A stretch of DNA of 64,000 nucleotides from Dehalococcoidia bacterium (lineage in GTDB: Bacteria; Chloroflexota; Dehalococcoidia; Lucifugimonadales; QGNO01): contig OZ252212.1 in the NCBI GenBank assembly GCA_965248955.1, positions 642,668 to 706,667 of the forward strand, written 5' to 3'. The notes beneath the pieces are model-generated. The model searched no databases, was not told where the DNA came from, and saw only the letters and a list, made by a program, of their open reading frames with translations. The stretch's first letter is position 1, and each line of letters begins with the position of its first letter. The position numbers and the translations under genes are program-made. Shown piece by piece: positions 1 to 9,555 of the stretch.

Positions 1-533
1 TCCCGGACCTCCTCAGCGACTTTGTCCAGCACACCGTCGATCTGCTTCCAGTCGAAGCCGGAGCGGGCGGCGCGCTCCTGGACAAGCTGGCTGTGGGCAA
101 GCGCGGGCATAGACGGCGGTACACTGCCCAGCAGCGATGCGCCCGGCTGGTCGGTGCGTTCTCCACGTTTCAACTCTTCCCAGTTGGCCTCAACTTCCCG
201 CGCGTCTCTCACCTTCTGCTCGCCGAAGACGTGGGGGTGGCGTCTCACCAGCTTGTCTCGCAACGATTCCAGCACGTCGTCAATGGTGAATCGCCCCTCC
301 TCAGCGGCTATCTGGGCGTGGAACAGCACCTGCAGCAGGACGTCGCCCAGCTCTTCGGGGAGCTTCTCAGGGCTATGATCGATTACCTCGAAGACCTCGT
401 GCGACTCTTCGAGAAGGTATCGCTTCAAAGAGTCGTGCGTCTGCTCTTTGTCCCAGGGGCATCCCTGCGGACCCCGCAAGGTGTCCAGTAAATCTACTAG
501 CCGTCTGAAGGCAATGCCCCTGTTCTCCGTCAT
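1..533 (-). CDS. mazG: Nucleoside triphosphate pyrophosphohydrolase MazG (3' end cut by window edge)
   Basis: Own minus-strand translation from ATG (complement of 531-533): MTENRGIAFRRLVDLLDTLRGPQGCPWDKEQTHDSLKRYLLEESHEVFEVID...LVRRHPHVFGEQ. These are MazG motifs. The ORF runs off the left edge, so it is absent from the supplied track. Confidence 0.85.
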   Translation of the reverse strand, partial: MTENRGIAFRRLVDLLDTLRGPQGCPWDKEQTHDSLKRYLLEESHEVFEVIDHSPEKLPEELGDVLLQVLFHAQIAAEEGRFTIDDVLESLRDKLVRRHPHVFGEQKVRDAREVEANWEELKRGERTDQPGASLLGSVPPSMPALAHSQLVQERAARSGFDWKQIDGVLDKVAEEVR

Positions 534-622
534 AGAGCCTCCTGAGAGCAATTATATGGAAGGGACAATGTCATTGACAACCGCTCCAAGATGCTCCTAC
601 CATCCTTGGCAAGGATGGAGAT

Positions 623-1345
623 TTGCGATACCTAAACGTATTCTTGAACGCAACCTTTGTGTTGGCCTTCCTGGTTTTCCTGGTCACGAGCAACGTGCGT
701 CTGGCATTCAACTCGGTTGCTCTCTACGAGTTCGGATTCGATAGGCAGAACGTGGTGCGTACAACCGGCCTCACGGAATTGCAGCTTTCAGAAGTGGCGA
801 CGCAGATCAGGGACTACTTCAACTCTGATGAGGATCTGCTGGACGTTATGGTAACGGTCAACTGGGATGCAAAGCCACTTTTTAATGAGCAGGAGATCAT
901 CCACATGCGGGACGTGAAGGAGCTCCTGCACGCCGTGTACCGGGTGCAGGAGGGGGCCTTCCTCTACCTCTTCACGTTTTCCACGGTGGGCTTCCTCATA
1001 CTCGGCAGCGAGTTCGCGGGGAGGATGCGCAAGCTCTTCTTTGGTGGAACGGTTTTTATATACGGGACCGTGGGAGTCATAGGCCTGGTCTCTCTGATTG
1101 GTTTCAGCGGCCTGTTCAGGTTGCTCCACGAGATCAGCTTCAACAACGACTTCTGGCTGCTGGATCCCAGGACGTCCTTCCTTGTCCGGCTGTTTCCCCA
1201 GGGCTTCTGGCTTGAGTCCACTCTGCTGATAGGCATGGTCACGCTATTGGAATCGGGAGGCATAGTGGTGCTGCTTGGTCTGATTGGATGGTGGCAGAGA
1301 CGGCGGGCACGGATTGCGGCAAGCAAGCAACCACAGTTCCTCTAA
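623..1345 (+). CDS. TIGR01906/DUF1461-family integral membrane protein
   Basis: 240 aa with an N-terminal TM and several C-terminal TMs. The motif FNEQEIIHMRDVKELL is typical of this family as I remember it. The start codon (TTG 623) is uncertain. Confidence 0.7.
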   Translation: MRYLNVFLNATFVLAFLVFLVTSNVRLAFNSVALYEFGFDRQNVVRTTGLTELQLSEVATQIRDYFNSDEDLLDVMVTVNWDAKPLFNEQEIIHMRDVKELLHAVYRVQEGAFLYLFTFSTVGFLILGSEFAGRMRKLFFGGTVFIYGTVGVIGLVSLIGFSGLFRLLHEISFNNDFWLLDPRTSFLVRLFPQGFWLESTLLIGMVTLLESGGIVVLLGLIGWWQRRRARIAASKQPQFL

Positions 1346-1517
1346 GGAGGCGTGTCGATGGAACGAGAGGTTCTCCGGCTTACAGGGAAAAGCTGCTGGA
1401 TCTGATAAGGCGTACTCAGCACGATGCTTTGTCGTTAGCTATCGGTGGACATGTCATGGCGGTGGCCGTCAAAGGAAGCTAGACCTATCAGGAATGGATA
1501 ACAGGAGTTAGGTGCTC

Positions 1518-1745
1518 TCAAACGGTCATGGCACAGGCGCAGGAGCCACCAGAGGCACAGGCGCAGCCGCCGCCCACGGAGGCCATGGAACCATCCGAAC
1601 CGGAGACAAACGCGGCGAAAGTGGAGAGGATCCTCGGCGACGCAGAGCCGCAGTCGGGGCAGTCCGCTTCTGAGCCATCGCTGAACCGCGCCAGCCGCTC
1701 GAAACGGTCATTACAAGAAGGACACCGGTATTCATATAGGGGCAT
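1518..1745 (-). CDS. FmdB-family zinc-ribbon putative regulatory protein
   Basis: MPLYEYRCPSCNDRFERL...CPDCGS gives two CxxC pairs, followed by a Gly/Cys-rich tail. The internal Met at 1745 was chosen as start; the track ORF extends to 1802. Confidence 0.8.
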   Translation of the reverse strand: MPLYEYRCPSCNDRFERLARFSDGSEADCPDCGSASPRILSTFAAFVSGSDGSMASVGGGCACASGGSCACAMTV

Positions 1746-1909
1746 GTAGACACCTCTGGGTTGGTACCCGGCCAGTCTAGCACCGGGAAAAAACACGGTC
1801 AAACTTGATTTTTTGACAAAAGGGGACTACGGCGCAGATTGACGGTTTGAATCCCATGGAGTTACGATTCATATGAAGTCTATATACAAGTCGGCCAGAA
1901 GGAGGCTGT

Positions 1910-2158
1910 ATGTATTCTAGTCTCATTGGGAAGGTACAGAAAGCGCAGCTATACGCCCAGGAAAAAGAGCGAGTAATCATCTCTAGTTTCAAGGCCACTT
2001 TCCAAGGAGAACACGACAGCTACGAGATTAGATACGATGATGGCGCCTGGCATTGCTCGTGCAAACACTTTGGTGAAGACGGGTTTTGCAGCCATACCAT
2101 GGCGGTCGAGAAGATGATGGAAGGCATGGTGCCGCAGGGCACACCTGTCTCCGAGTAG
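1910..2158 (+). CDS. Small SWIM zinc-finger protein
   Basis: 82 aa carrying a CxC-x(n)-CxH signature (WHCSCKHFGEDGFCSHTMA). An AGGAGG Shine-Dalgarno lies upstream. Confidence 0.7.
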   Translation: MYSSLIGKVQKAQLYAQEKERVIISSFKATFQGEHDSYEIRYDDGAWHCSCKHFGEDGFCSHTMAVEKMMEGMVPQGTPVSE

Positions 2159-2322
2159 AGTACTCCAAGGAAAGAACGGCGACGGGCTTACACAACGGGA
2201 ACGAAGACGACGACTCCGAACTGTACGATTGGAGAGGCATATCGGTCTGCATAGACTGCATCGTCCTAGCGCGTTCCGGGCGTGGTTCCAATTGCTAGGT
2301 GGTTAAGTACAAGTTAGCCTCC

Positions 2323-2385
2323 TCTCATGCTGAGGAGCCGGTCAGTCACTGCTCGCCCTAACACAACCCCCTCCGGCGAAGCATC
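2323..2385 (-). repeat. Dispersed ~60-nt intergenic repeat (family R2), inverted copy
   Basis: tctcatgctgaggagccggtcagtcactgctcgccctaacacaaccccctccggcgaagcatc aligns by eye to the reverse complement of 33114-33175 and 48527-48580. Confidence 0.6.
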
Positions 2386-2402
2386 TACAGGAGCCCCGCA
2401 GT

Positions 2403-3776
2403 TCACGGCGCGTGAGCGCTCGACATGTCTCGCCGTAGAGCCGGGTAAACCTCAGGGGGTATGCCCAGAACCGCTTCACGGGCCTCGGCGGCAACGAAAA
2501 GCGAGCCTGCGGCCACTGTCAAATCTCCTTCTCCGGCTTGAGACAAGGCCAGCTTGACCGCATCGGCAACTTTGTTGCTGGCCACGGCTTCCACGCCGCG
2601 CTGTGCAAAAAGCCGTGCTACTTCTTCGGGAGATACCGCCCTGGGATGCCGTGACCTTGCCGCGATGACAAGGCTGGCATTTTGAGCCAGCTCAGCCACT
2701 ATCCCCTCTATGTTTTTATCGTTGGAAAGGCCGACGACGTAGATGAGCCTGCGGTAAGCCAGGTAGTCCTCCAGGGCCCGGCGCAGTATTCCCGCCGAAT
2801 ACGGGTTGTGCGCTCCGTCAGCTATTAGCAACGGCTCCCGGCTTAGCACCTCCATGCGGCAGGGCCAGGCTATGGAATCGAAGCCCCGGATGATAGAGTC
2901 GCCAGATACGGTGAAGCCCATTTCAGAAAGCAACTGCAGGCTGACCAGGGCGGTAACGGCGTTCTCCAACTGATGCTCTCCGAGCAAGGGAATGCGCAGA
3001 CGGAACTTGCCCCGGGGGGACAGCACGTCAATGGTCTGACCCCCAAGATGGTGGCAGACTCGCGTTGCCTGGCACTCCTCCCCGGCAGAAATGAGGGGTG
3101 CGCCTCTCATACGGGCAACTTTCCGCAATACGCACATGGCCTCCTCTCTCTGGGGGCTTGTCACAACGGGCGTCTCCTGCTTGATGATGCCCGCCTTTTC
3201 CAAGGCAATCTTCTCCAATGTGTCGCCGAGAATACGGGTGTGGTCAAGGCTAATGGAGGTGATCACGCTGAGCTGCGGCTGCACCAGGTTGGTTGAATCC
3301 AGCCTTCCCCCAAGCCCTACCTCTATCACCTGAAAGCCTGCGCGCTGCCTGTAAAAGTGAAGGAACGCCATGGCGGTTAGAAGCTCGAACGTGGTGACTT
3401 CCCCCAGCGAGCCCTTGGAGTTGACCTCCTCTACTTCGGGCCAGACCGCTTCCAGAAGCGCGGCGAAGTCGCTTTCGGAAACAGGGGCGCCGTTGAGCTG
3501 GATGCGCTCCCTGAAGGTGTGTAGATGTGGGGACGTAAACAGGCCGGGCTTGTACCCTTGGGCGGCAAGGACAGAGGTGATCATGGCGGCGGTGCTGCCT
3601 TTCCCCTTGGTGCCCGTGATATGGACGGTGGGCGTCTTCAGGTGGGGGTTGTCCAGCCGCTCCAAGAGCAGACCTATTCTGTCCAGGTTGTAGCGGCCCG
3701 CGCTCTGGGTGCGGCCGGAAACGCGCTCCAGGTCGGTGAGGCTCAGCAGTTTGTCCAGAGCTTGTCTATACTCCAC
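2403..3776 (-). CDS. folC: Bifunctional folylpolyglutamate synthase / dihydrofolate synthase
   Basis: 457 aa with the Mur-ligase P-loop HITGTKGKGST and FolC-like overall layout. Confidence 0.9.
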   Translation of the reverse strand: MEYRQALDKLLSLTDLERVSGRTQSAGRYNLDRIGLLLERLDNPHLKTPTVHITGTKGKGSTAAMITSVLAAQGYKPGLFTSPHLHTFRERIQLNGAPVSESDFAALLEAVWPEVEEVNSKGSLGEVTTFELLTAMAFLHFYRQRAGFQVIEVGLGGRLDSTNLVQPQLSVITSISLDHTRILGDTLEKIALEKAGIIKQETPVVTSPQREEAMCVLRKVARMRGAPLISAGEECQATRVCHHLGGQTIDVLSPRGKFRLRIPLLGEHQLENAVTALVSLQLLSEMGFTVSGDSIIRGFDSIAWPCRMEVLSREPLLIADGAHNPYSAGILRRALEDYLAYRRLIYVVGLSNDKNIEGIVAELAQNASLVIAARSRHPRAVSPEEVARLFAQRGVEAVASNKVADAVKLALSQAGEGDLTVAAGSLFVAAEAREAVLGIPPEVYPALRRDMSSAHAP

Positions 3777-3786
3777 GTCTAGTCCC

Positions 3787-4737
3787 TCAATGGTCGCGAA
3801 TATGGCTTGGCATCCTGCCCAGGACCATCTTGACGCCGTCTAGGAAGGACACTTTGCGAATGTAGCCTATGTTCCCCGCGAGCGGTCTGGGAGAGAAGCC
3901 GAACTCTTTGCTTACAGCGTCGGTCTCCGCGATATTATCGAATTCGAGCATGCTCAGCTGTTGGCTTGTGGCCGGCGGGTGGGGCAGCAGTTTTTCCATC
4001 AGCTTCACCATCGGCCGCATGAGGCCAATGGGCAGATGCAACTTCCAGCGCTTGCAGCCGTACGTCTCTGCGATCGTATCCAGGATTCCATCGTAGGTGA
4101 GGTGTTCAGGGCCGCCTATTTCAATGATTCGGTTTTCGGTTTCGTCCAGCTCCAGCGTCCTGGCTATGGAGTGCGCCACGTCCTCAACGTGTATGGCCTG
4201 AAAGCGGACGTTTCCGCTGCCTATTACCGGCGCCACTGGGAATACTCTGACGAGTCCACCCAGTGCGTTGACGAACTCGTCTCCTTCCCCAAAGATTATC
4301 GAGCCGCGCAGTATAGTGTACGGTACGCCGCTTTGGATCAGGGCCTGCTCGCCGCGCCACTTGGATTGCAGGTAGGGGAACCTTGGATCGTCCACAGCGC
4401 CGATGGCGCCCATTAGCACGAAGCGCGACACGCCGGCGCTGAGCGCCGCTTTGGCCAGGCGCGCTGTACCAAGGTGGTTAACTCTATCGAAAGTTGCTTC
4501 ACCACTTTCCCTGATGATTGCCACGAGATGGACCACGGCATCCATGCCGGACAGGGCGGCTTCCAAACCTCCCTGGTCGGTCAGGCTGCCATAGCTCACC
4601 TCTACGCCTTCAGGAAGAAGATGCTGGCGCACCGGCCCGCGAGCCAGAACGCGCACCGCATGGCCGCTCTCCATCAGGCAAGGAACAACGTGACGGCCCA
4701 CAAAACCGGTGGCGCCGGTAACAAGAATTCGCTTCAT
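3787..4737 (-). CDS. Atypical SDR, NAD(P)H-binding (NDUFA9/NmrA-like) oxidoreductase
   Basis: N-terminal Rossmann motif ILVTGATGFVGRHV. 316 aa. Confidence 0.75.
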   Translation of the reverse strand: MKRILVTGATGFVGRHVVPCLMESGHAVRVLARGPVRQHLLPEGVEVSYGSLTDQGGLEAALSGMDAVVHLVAIIRESGEATFDRVNHLGTARLAKAALSAGVSRFVLMGAIGAVDDPRFPYLQSKWRGEQALIQSGVPYTILRGSIIFGEGDEFVNALGGLVRVFPVAPVIGSGNVRFQAIHVEDVAHSIARTLELDETENRIIEIGGPEHLTYDGILDTIAETYGCKRWKLHLPIGLMRPMVKLMEKLLPHPPATSQQLSMLEFDNIAETDAVSKEFGFSPRPLAGNIGYIRKVSFLDGVKMVLGRMPSHIRDH

Positions 4738-4858
4738 AGCCGCTTCCTGGTTCAGATTACGACGGCCAAGGCGTCCTCTGAGTGATGGTTAAAGCCTAGC
4801 ATTCTACAGATGAACAAACAATATTCATTTTAGATGGAGAAAAAACCTCAACATGAAG

Positions 4859-4867
4859 TGGTATAAT
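4859..4867 (+). promoter_or_regulatory. Candidate extended -10 promoter (TGgTATAAT) for dnaE
   Basis: The sequence tggtataat sits in an A/T-rich intergenic region about 110 nt upstream of dnaE. Confidence 0.35.
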
Positions 4868-4977
4868 CTCGTCCTAACTCAATATCTGGCGCCATTTTGA
4901 CAAGACCCATTGCCAGGGCGCTCTTGAAGGCACCCGAAATATGTCCTACTTTTTTCTTGCTGGGAGCCCAGTGAAGC

Positions 4978-7900
4978 ATGGAAAATAGAGGAACCATGGA
5001 ACCGTTTGTTCATCTCCACGTCCATACTGAATACAGCATGCTGGACGGCCTAAGCCGGATACCCAGCCTTGTGCAGCGCGCCAAGGAGCTGGGCATGGAC
5101 AGCCTGGCTATAACGGACCACGGCGGCCTTTACGGCGCAGTGGAGTTTTATTCGGAGTGTATCAACGCGGGGATCAAGCCAATAATCGGCTGCGAGGTAT
5201 ACGTTGCCGCCGGCAGCCGCAGCTCCAAGGGACACGGGGATAAAAGCCCGTATCATCTGACCTTGCTCGCCAGGAACAACACGGGGTATCGCAATCTGAT
5301 TCAACTGGTGAGCAAGGCTCACCTGGAAGGCTTTTACTACAGACCGAGGGTGGATAGAGAGCTGCTGGAGCAGTACGGCCAGGGGATCATAGCTCTTTCC
5401 GGCTGTCCCTCCGCGGAGGTGCCTCAGTTGCTGAGCCAGGGCCGCATCGACGAGGCAAAAGAAGCGGCCCTCTGGCACAACAGAACCTTCGACGGGTATT
5501 ACCTGGAGCTCCAGGCGCACGAGCACGTCCCCAATCTGGACGTGGTGAACCAGGGGCTGATTTCGCTGTCGGAGGAGATCGAGATACCTCTGATACTGAC
5601 CAACGACAGCCACTACACGCTCAGAGAAGACGCGCCCATCCAGGATCTGCTGATCTGCATACACACCAATACGAACGTCAATGATGGGAAGCGTCTGCGA
5701 ATGGAGGACGACTCGTTCTATCTACGCTCTTCGGAGGAGATGGCGTCGTTGTTCCCGGACCATCCCGAGGCCTATGGGAACACAAGGGTCGTCGCCGAGC
5801 AGTGCAACGTTGAAATGGACTTTTCGTCGCTCCACCTGCCGGAGTATACGCCTCCCGACGGGCTGACGGCGGAGGAGTACCTGGTGAAGCTGTGCTGGGA
5901 AGGCTTGGAAAGGCGCGTTCCCAAGGCGGACCAGGAATACGAGGAAAGGCTGCGCTATGAGCTGGACGTGATCAAGAAGACGCAGTTCCCCAACTACTTC
6001 CTGGTGGTTTGGGACATAGCCAGGTTTGCCAGTGGAAACGGCATCCTTCTTGGTGTGCGGGGCAGTGCCGCGGCTAGCCTTGTCCTCTACGTCACGGGGG
6101 TCACCGATATAGACCCGCTGGCCTACCGCCTGGTATTCGAGCGATTCCTCAACCTGGAACGCAAGGAAATGCCCGACATAGACATGGACTTCCAGGACGA
6201 CCGGCGTGACGAGGTGCTCCAATACGTCAAGGACAAGTACGGACATGACCACGTTGCCCAGATCATCACCTTCGGCACCTTGGGCCCCAAGGCAGCGCTT
6301 CGTGACACGGGCCGCGCCCTCGGCATGGCCTACGCCGACGTCGACCAAGTGGCCAGGCTCGTGCCGTTCAGGGCGCGTTCCCTCAGCGAAGCCATGGAAA
6401 TGGAGTCGAATCTGAAGGATGCCTACGACAACGATGCGACGCTGCGCAGGCTGATAGAAAATGCGGGAAGGCTTGAGGGCGTGGTTCGCCACTCCAGCAC
6501 GCACGCTGCCGGGGTGGTCATATCCAAGGAGCCACTGGCTGAATACGTGCCTCTGCAGAGACCCATCAAAGGCACCGACAACGACGTTGCAATGACCCAG
6601 TTCTCCATGGACCCCATTGCCAAACTGGGCCTGCTCAAGATGGACTTTCTTGGCCTGACCAACCTTTCCATCCTGGACAAGGCCATCGGCATCATCAAGG
6701 AGCATACCGGCGAGCAGGTGGATCTGGGCAGGGTACCCCTTGACGACGCAAAGACCTTTGCTCTCCTCTCTTCCGGTGAGACTACGGGACTCTTCCAGCT
6801 TGAAGGCGCCGGTATGCGCCGATACATCAAAGACCTCAAACCCTCCTCTCTGCTTGACGTTGCCGCCATGATAGCGCTCTACCGGCCGGGACCCATGGAT
6901 CACATAGATGCGTTCATCCAGTCGAAACACGGCCGGCGGGAGGCTGAATACCTGCATCCCATGCTGAAAGACATTCTGGAGGAGACGTACGGGATCATTG
7001 TCTATCAGGACCAGGTTCTGCTCATTGCGCAGGCCATGGCCGGATACAGCCTGGGCGAGGCGGATATAGTCCGCAAGGCCATGGGCAAAAAGATAGCTGC
7101 GATTATGCAGCAGGAACGCGACAAATTCATCGAAGGGGCTTTGAATCAGGGCTACGACAAGGGGCTGGCGGAACAGGTGTTTGACCTGATAGAACCGTTC
7201 GCCGGGTACGCCTTCAACAAGGCGCACAGCGTTAGCTACGCCGTCATTGCCTATTGGACGGCCTATTTCAAGGCAAACTACCCAGTGGAATACATGGCGG
7301 CGTTGCTCAATTCCCACGCCGGACAGCACGAGCGCATAGCTATAGACGTGGATGAGTGCACCAGGCTTCGGATACAGGTGCTCAGACCGGACATCAACCG
7401 CAGCGGCGTACGGTTCACCGTGGACACGGACTCGTCCGGGAAGAGGGCAATCAGGTTTGGACTAGGGGCAGTGAAACACGTGGGTTCGGGAGCTATGGAG
7501 GCCGTGATCCGCTCCAGGGAGGAGCACGGTCAGTTCCAGTCCCTGGAGGAGTTCTGCCGCAACGCCGACTTGGACTCCATGAATCGCCGCTCGCTGGAAA
7601 GTCTAGCCAAAGTGGGTGCCCTGGACGACTTCGGGCCAAGGGGGTCTCTGCTGGCCAGCGTGGAGAGGATCCTTAGCTTGGCGCAGCAAGAGAAGCGGCG
7701 CAGGGAGTCGGGGCAGACCAATATGTTCGACCTGTTTGGGCAGTACGTGGAAGCGCCAACGAACGTGGTAGAGCTTATTCAAGGCGAAGAGACCACTTCC
7801 AGGGAACATTCGGAATGGGAGAGAGAGCTTCTGGGCAAGAGAATCTCTGATAACCCTCTGCATAACGTGGCCTTCGGGCCCAAGACCACCGCCATAGCCT

Positions 7901-8655
7901 TCCAGGATGAATTGGAAGAGAAGCCCGACGGCTCCACCGTGGGCCTTGTCGGCCAGGTGGCCCACGCGACCAGTCGTAGGGACAGAAACGGCAAGCCGTA
8001 TTTGATAGCAGGCCTTGAGTTGCTGGGAGGCAAGGTAGAGCTGTTCGTCTGGAACAACGTCTATCAAGAGACCTTAGATCTTTGGGTGGAGGGAACCCTG
8101 ATAACCGTGGAGGGTAAGCTCCGCAACAACGACGGCAAGCTTTCAGTGCGGGCCGCCAAAGCAGGGCTGTTCAAACCCCAGGGCGAGGAATCCTCTCACA
8201 ACGAAGCTGGAGCCGAAGCTGTTGCGGAGCCTGCACCTGCTGCAACGGCGGCGGCCATGGAACCGGTGGCGGAGCAGGATGTCCCCCAAGGCGAAACCGA
8301 CGGCCATGAAGAGACTGCTTTGCCGGACGAGGTTGTTCTAGGAAGCAACGGTCTAAACGGCTCCAATGGTTTCAGCGAGAATAACAACGGCAACGCTGCG
8401 AACGGCGATGGAAAGAGGAAGGCCGTCCTGCTCAATCTGACCGATACGGGGAACGCTTCGGATGATGCCTACCTGCTGAAGTCGGCCATGGAACTGCTGC
8501 TGGAATACAAAGGAACGGACCCTGTTTACTTGGACATAGCCTCCAACAGCAAACGTGTGCGCCTTGAAATGCCCATGATAACTACTAAGTTCTGTCCCGC
8601 CCTGGAAGGAAAGCTCAATGATCTGCTGGGCCCGGGGCGCACCCGTCTCATCTGA
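4978..8655 (+). CDS. dnaE: DNA polymerase III alpha subunit
   Basis: 1225 aa. PHP-domain start FVHLHVHTEYSMLDG, polymerase core, HhH and OB region. An alternative start is ATG 4996. The C-terminus carries a low-complexity insert plus an extra ~90 aa. Confidence 0.95.
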   Translation: MENRGTMEPFVHLHVHTEYSMLDGLSRIPSLVQRAKELGMDSLAITDHGGLYGAVEFYSECINAGIKPIIGCEVYVAAGSRSSKGHGDKSPYHLTLLARNNTGYRNLIQLVSKAHLEGFYYRPRVDRELLEQYGQGIIALSGCPSAEVPQLLSQGRIDEAKEAALWHNRTFDGYYLELQAHEHVPNLDVVNQGLISLSEEIEIPLILTNDSHYTLREDAPIQDLLICIHTNTNVNDGKRLRMEDDSFYLRSSEEMASLFPDHPEAYGNTRVVAEQCNVEMDFSSLHLPEYTPPDGLTAEEYLVKLCWEGLERRVPKADQEYEERLRYELDVIKKTQFPNYFLVVWDIARFASGNGILLGVRGSAAASLVLYVTGVTDIDPLAYRLVFERFLNLERKEMPDIDMDFQDDRRDEVLQYVKDKYGHDHVAQIITFGTLGPKAALRDTGRALGMAYADVDQVARLVPFRARSLSEAMEMESNLKDAYDNDATLRRLIENAGRLEGVVRHSSTHAAGVVISKEPLAEYVPLQRPIKGTDNDVAMTQFSMDPIAKLGLLKMDFLGLTNLSILDKAIGIIKEHTGEQVDLGRVPLDDAKTFALLSSGETTGLFQLEGAGMRRYIKDLKPSSLLDVAAMIALYRPGPMDHIDAFIQSKHGRREAEYLHPMLKDILEETYGIIVYQDQVLLIAQAMAGYSLGEADIVRKAMGKKIAAIMQQERDKFIEGALNQGYDKGLAEQVFDLIEPFAGYAFNKAHSVSYAVIAYWTAYFKANYPVEYMAALLNSHAGQHERIAIDVDECTRLRIQVLRPDINRSGVRFTVDTDSSGKRAIRFGLGAVKHVGSGAMEAVIRSREEHGQFQSLEEFCRNADLDSMNRRSLESLAKVGALDDFGPRGSLLASVERILSLAQQEKRRRESGQTNMFDLFGQYVEAPTNVVELIQGEETTSREHSEWERELLGKRISDNPLHNVAFGPKTTAIAFQDELEEKPDGSTVGLVGQVAHATSRRDRNGKPYLIAGLELLGGKVELFVWNNVYQETLDLWVEGTLITVEGKLRNNDGKLSVRAAKAGLFKPQGEESSHNEAGAEAVAEPAPAATAAAMEPVAEQDVPQGETDGHEETALPDEVVLGSNGLNGSNGFSENNNGNAANGDGKRKAVLLNLTDTGNASDDAYLLKSAMELLLEYKGTDPVYLDIASNSKRVRLEMPMITTKFCPALEGKLNDLLGPGRTRLI

Positions 8656-8660
8656 TAGCC

Positions 8661-8894
8661 ATGACCAATAAGATTCGGTGGGTCTATCTAACCACGGCTC
8701 CTGATCAGCTTACCGCTGAGATGTGGCGGGGTCTGCTGAACAATGAGGGAATACCCGCCATGGTACGCTCCGGCGATACGGCTTCCTATCTGGGAGTATT
8801 CGCAGGGCCAACCAGGATCCTCGTAGACGCAGCAGCTCTTGAAGAGGCGTCCAGGTTCTTGGAAGAGCAGCTAGGGCCTGAAGCGCTCAGATGA
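8661..8894 (+). CDS. DUF2007-like small putative signal-transducing protein
   Basis: 77 aa lying 5 nt after the dnaE stop. The pattern LTAEMWRGLLNNEGIPAMV...ILVDAAALEEASRFL resembles DUF2007 from memory. Confidence 0.55.
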   Translation: MTNKIRWVYLTTAPDQLTAEMWRGLLNNEGIPAMVRSGDTASYLGVFAGPTRILVDAAALEEASRFLEEQLGPEALR

Positions 8895-8948
8895 GATGGT
8901 ACGCGTTAGGCAACATCTCCGTCTGCAGAGCCCGTAGCACAACTTCCC

Positions 8949-8973
8949 GTCATGCCCGCGCAGGCGGGTATCC
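8949..8973 (+). repeat. GTCAT...ATCC hairpin repeat (REP-like)
   Basis: gtcatgcccgcgcaggcgggtatcc has stem CCCGC/GCGGG and lies between convergent genes. Confidence 0.55.
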
Positions 8974-9020
8974 GGGATTTTCGCCCAAGCTGGGAGAAAC
9001 ACCCACCGCCTACGGAAAGA

Positions 9021-9032
9021 GGGGGGGGGGGG
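9021..9032 (+). repeat. Homopolymeric G12 tract
   Basis: Twelve consecutive G read directly from the sequence, in an intergenic position. Confidence 0.95.
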
Positions 9033-9048
9033 TGATCCCCAGGTCTCT

Positions 9049-9555
9049 CTACAGGAAAGCCCCCTCAATCTCTAGCAATCGCTGCTTCAGTGGCAGGCCT
9101 CCGGCGTAGCCATGCAAGGCGCCGTCGCTGCCAATGACACGATGGCATGGAACGATTATAGGTGCCGGATTGCGGGACATGGCCATGCCGGCTGCTCGTG
9201 CCGCTCTGCGATTACCCGCTTGCTCCGCCAGCCAGTTGTAGGTTCTCACCTCACCTTTGGGGATGGACTGGCACGCTTTCCAGGCCCTGACCAGGAAACC
9301 GGATGCTCCTTCCAGATCCAGGTCGTCTTCAAAATCCACGTTAGCCCCTGAAAAGTAGGCTTCCAAGCGCCGTCGTAGGCTGTTGAACCGGGGCCTTGAA
9401 GGGGCGGCATCGGTGGTTTGGAGACGGAGCTCCTGCATGGCCTGATCTCTAGAGGGTTTGGGCAAGACAAGCCTGCGTATGCCCCTATCCGAGGCAAGTG
9501 CCGCCATCCAGCCCAGGGAAGTGGGGAATACGTCAAAGCGGCAGCGGTCCGCCAT
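9049..9555 (-). CDS. ogt: Methylated-DNA--protein-cysteine methyltransferase
   Basis: Active-site motif IIVPCHRVIGSDG. 168 aa. Confidence 0.9.
   Translation of the reverse strand: MADRCRFDVFPTSLGWMAALASDRGIRRLVLPKPSRDQAMQELRLQTTDAAPSRPRFNSLRRRLEAYFSGANVDFEDDLDLEGASGFLVRAWKACQSIPKGEVRTYNWLAEQAGNRRAARAAGMAMSRNPAPIIVPCHRVIGSDGALHGYAGGLPLKQRLLEIEGAFL

Noticed and set aside
1344-1405. An AAGGAGG followed by a 15-codon ORF (MEREVLRLTGKSCWI), together with the overlapping 64-75-aa track ORFs after the DUF1461 gene.
   Set aside because: No downstream same-strand gene follows, the ORFs overlap each other, and they lack protein-like features. This is probably fortuitous.
5722-7329. A 535-aa ORF antisense to dnaE, plus the shorter antisense ORFs 5050..5664 and 6423..6869.
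   Set aside because: It lies entirely within and opposite to a gene with unmistakable DnaE motifs. The translated sequence is Arg/Gly/Val/His-rich with no motifs, which is typical of shadow ORFs in high-GC DNA.
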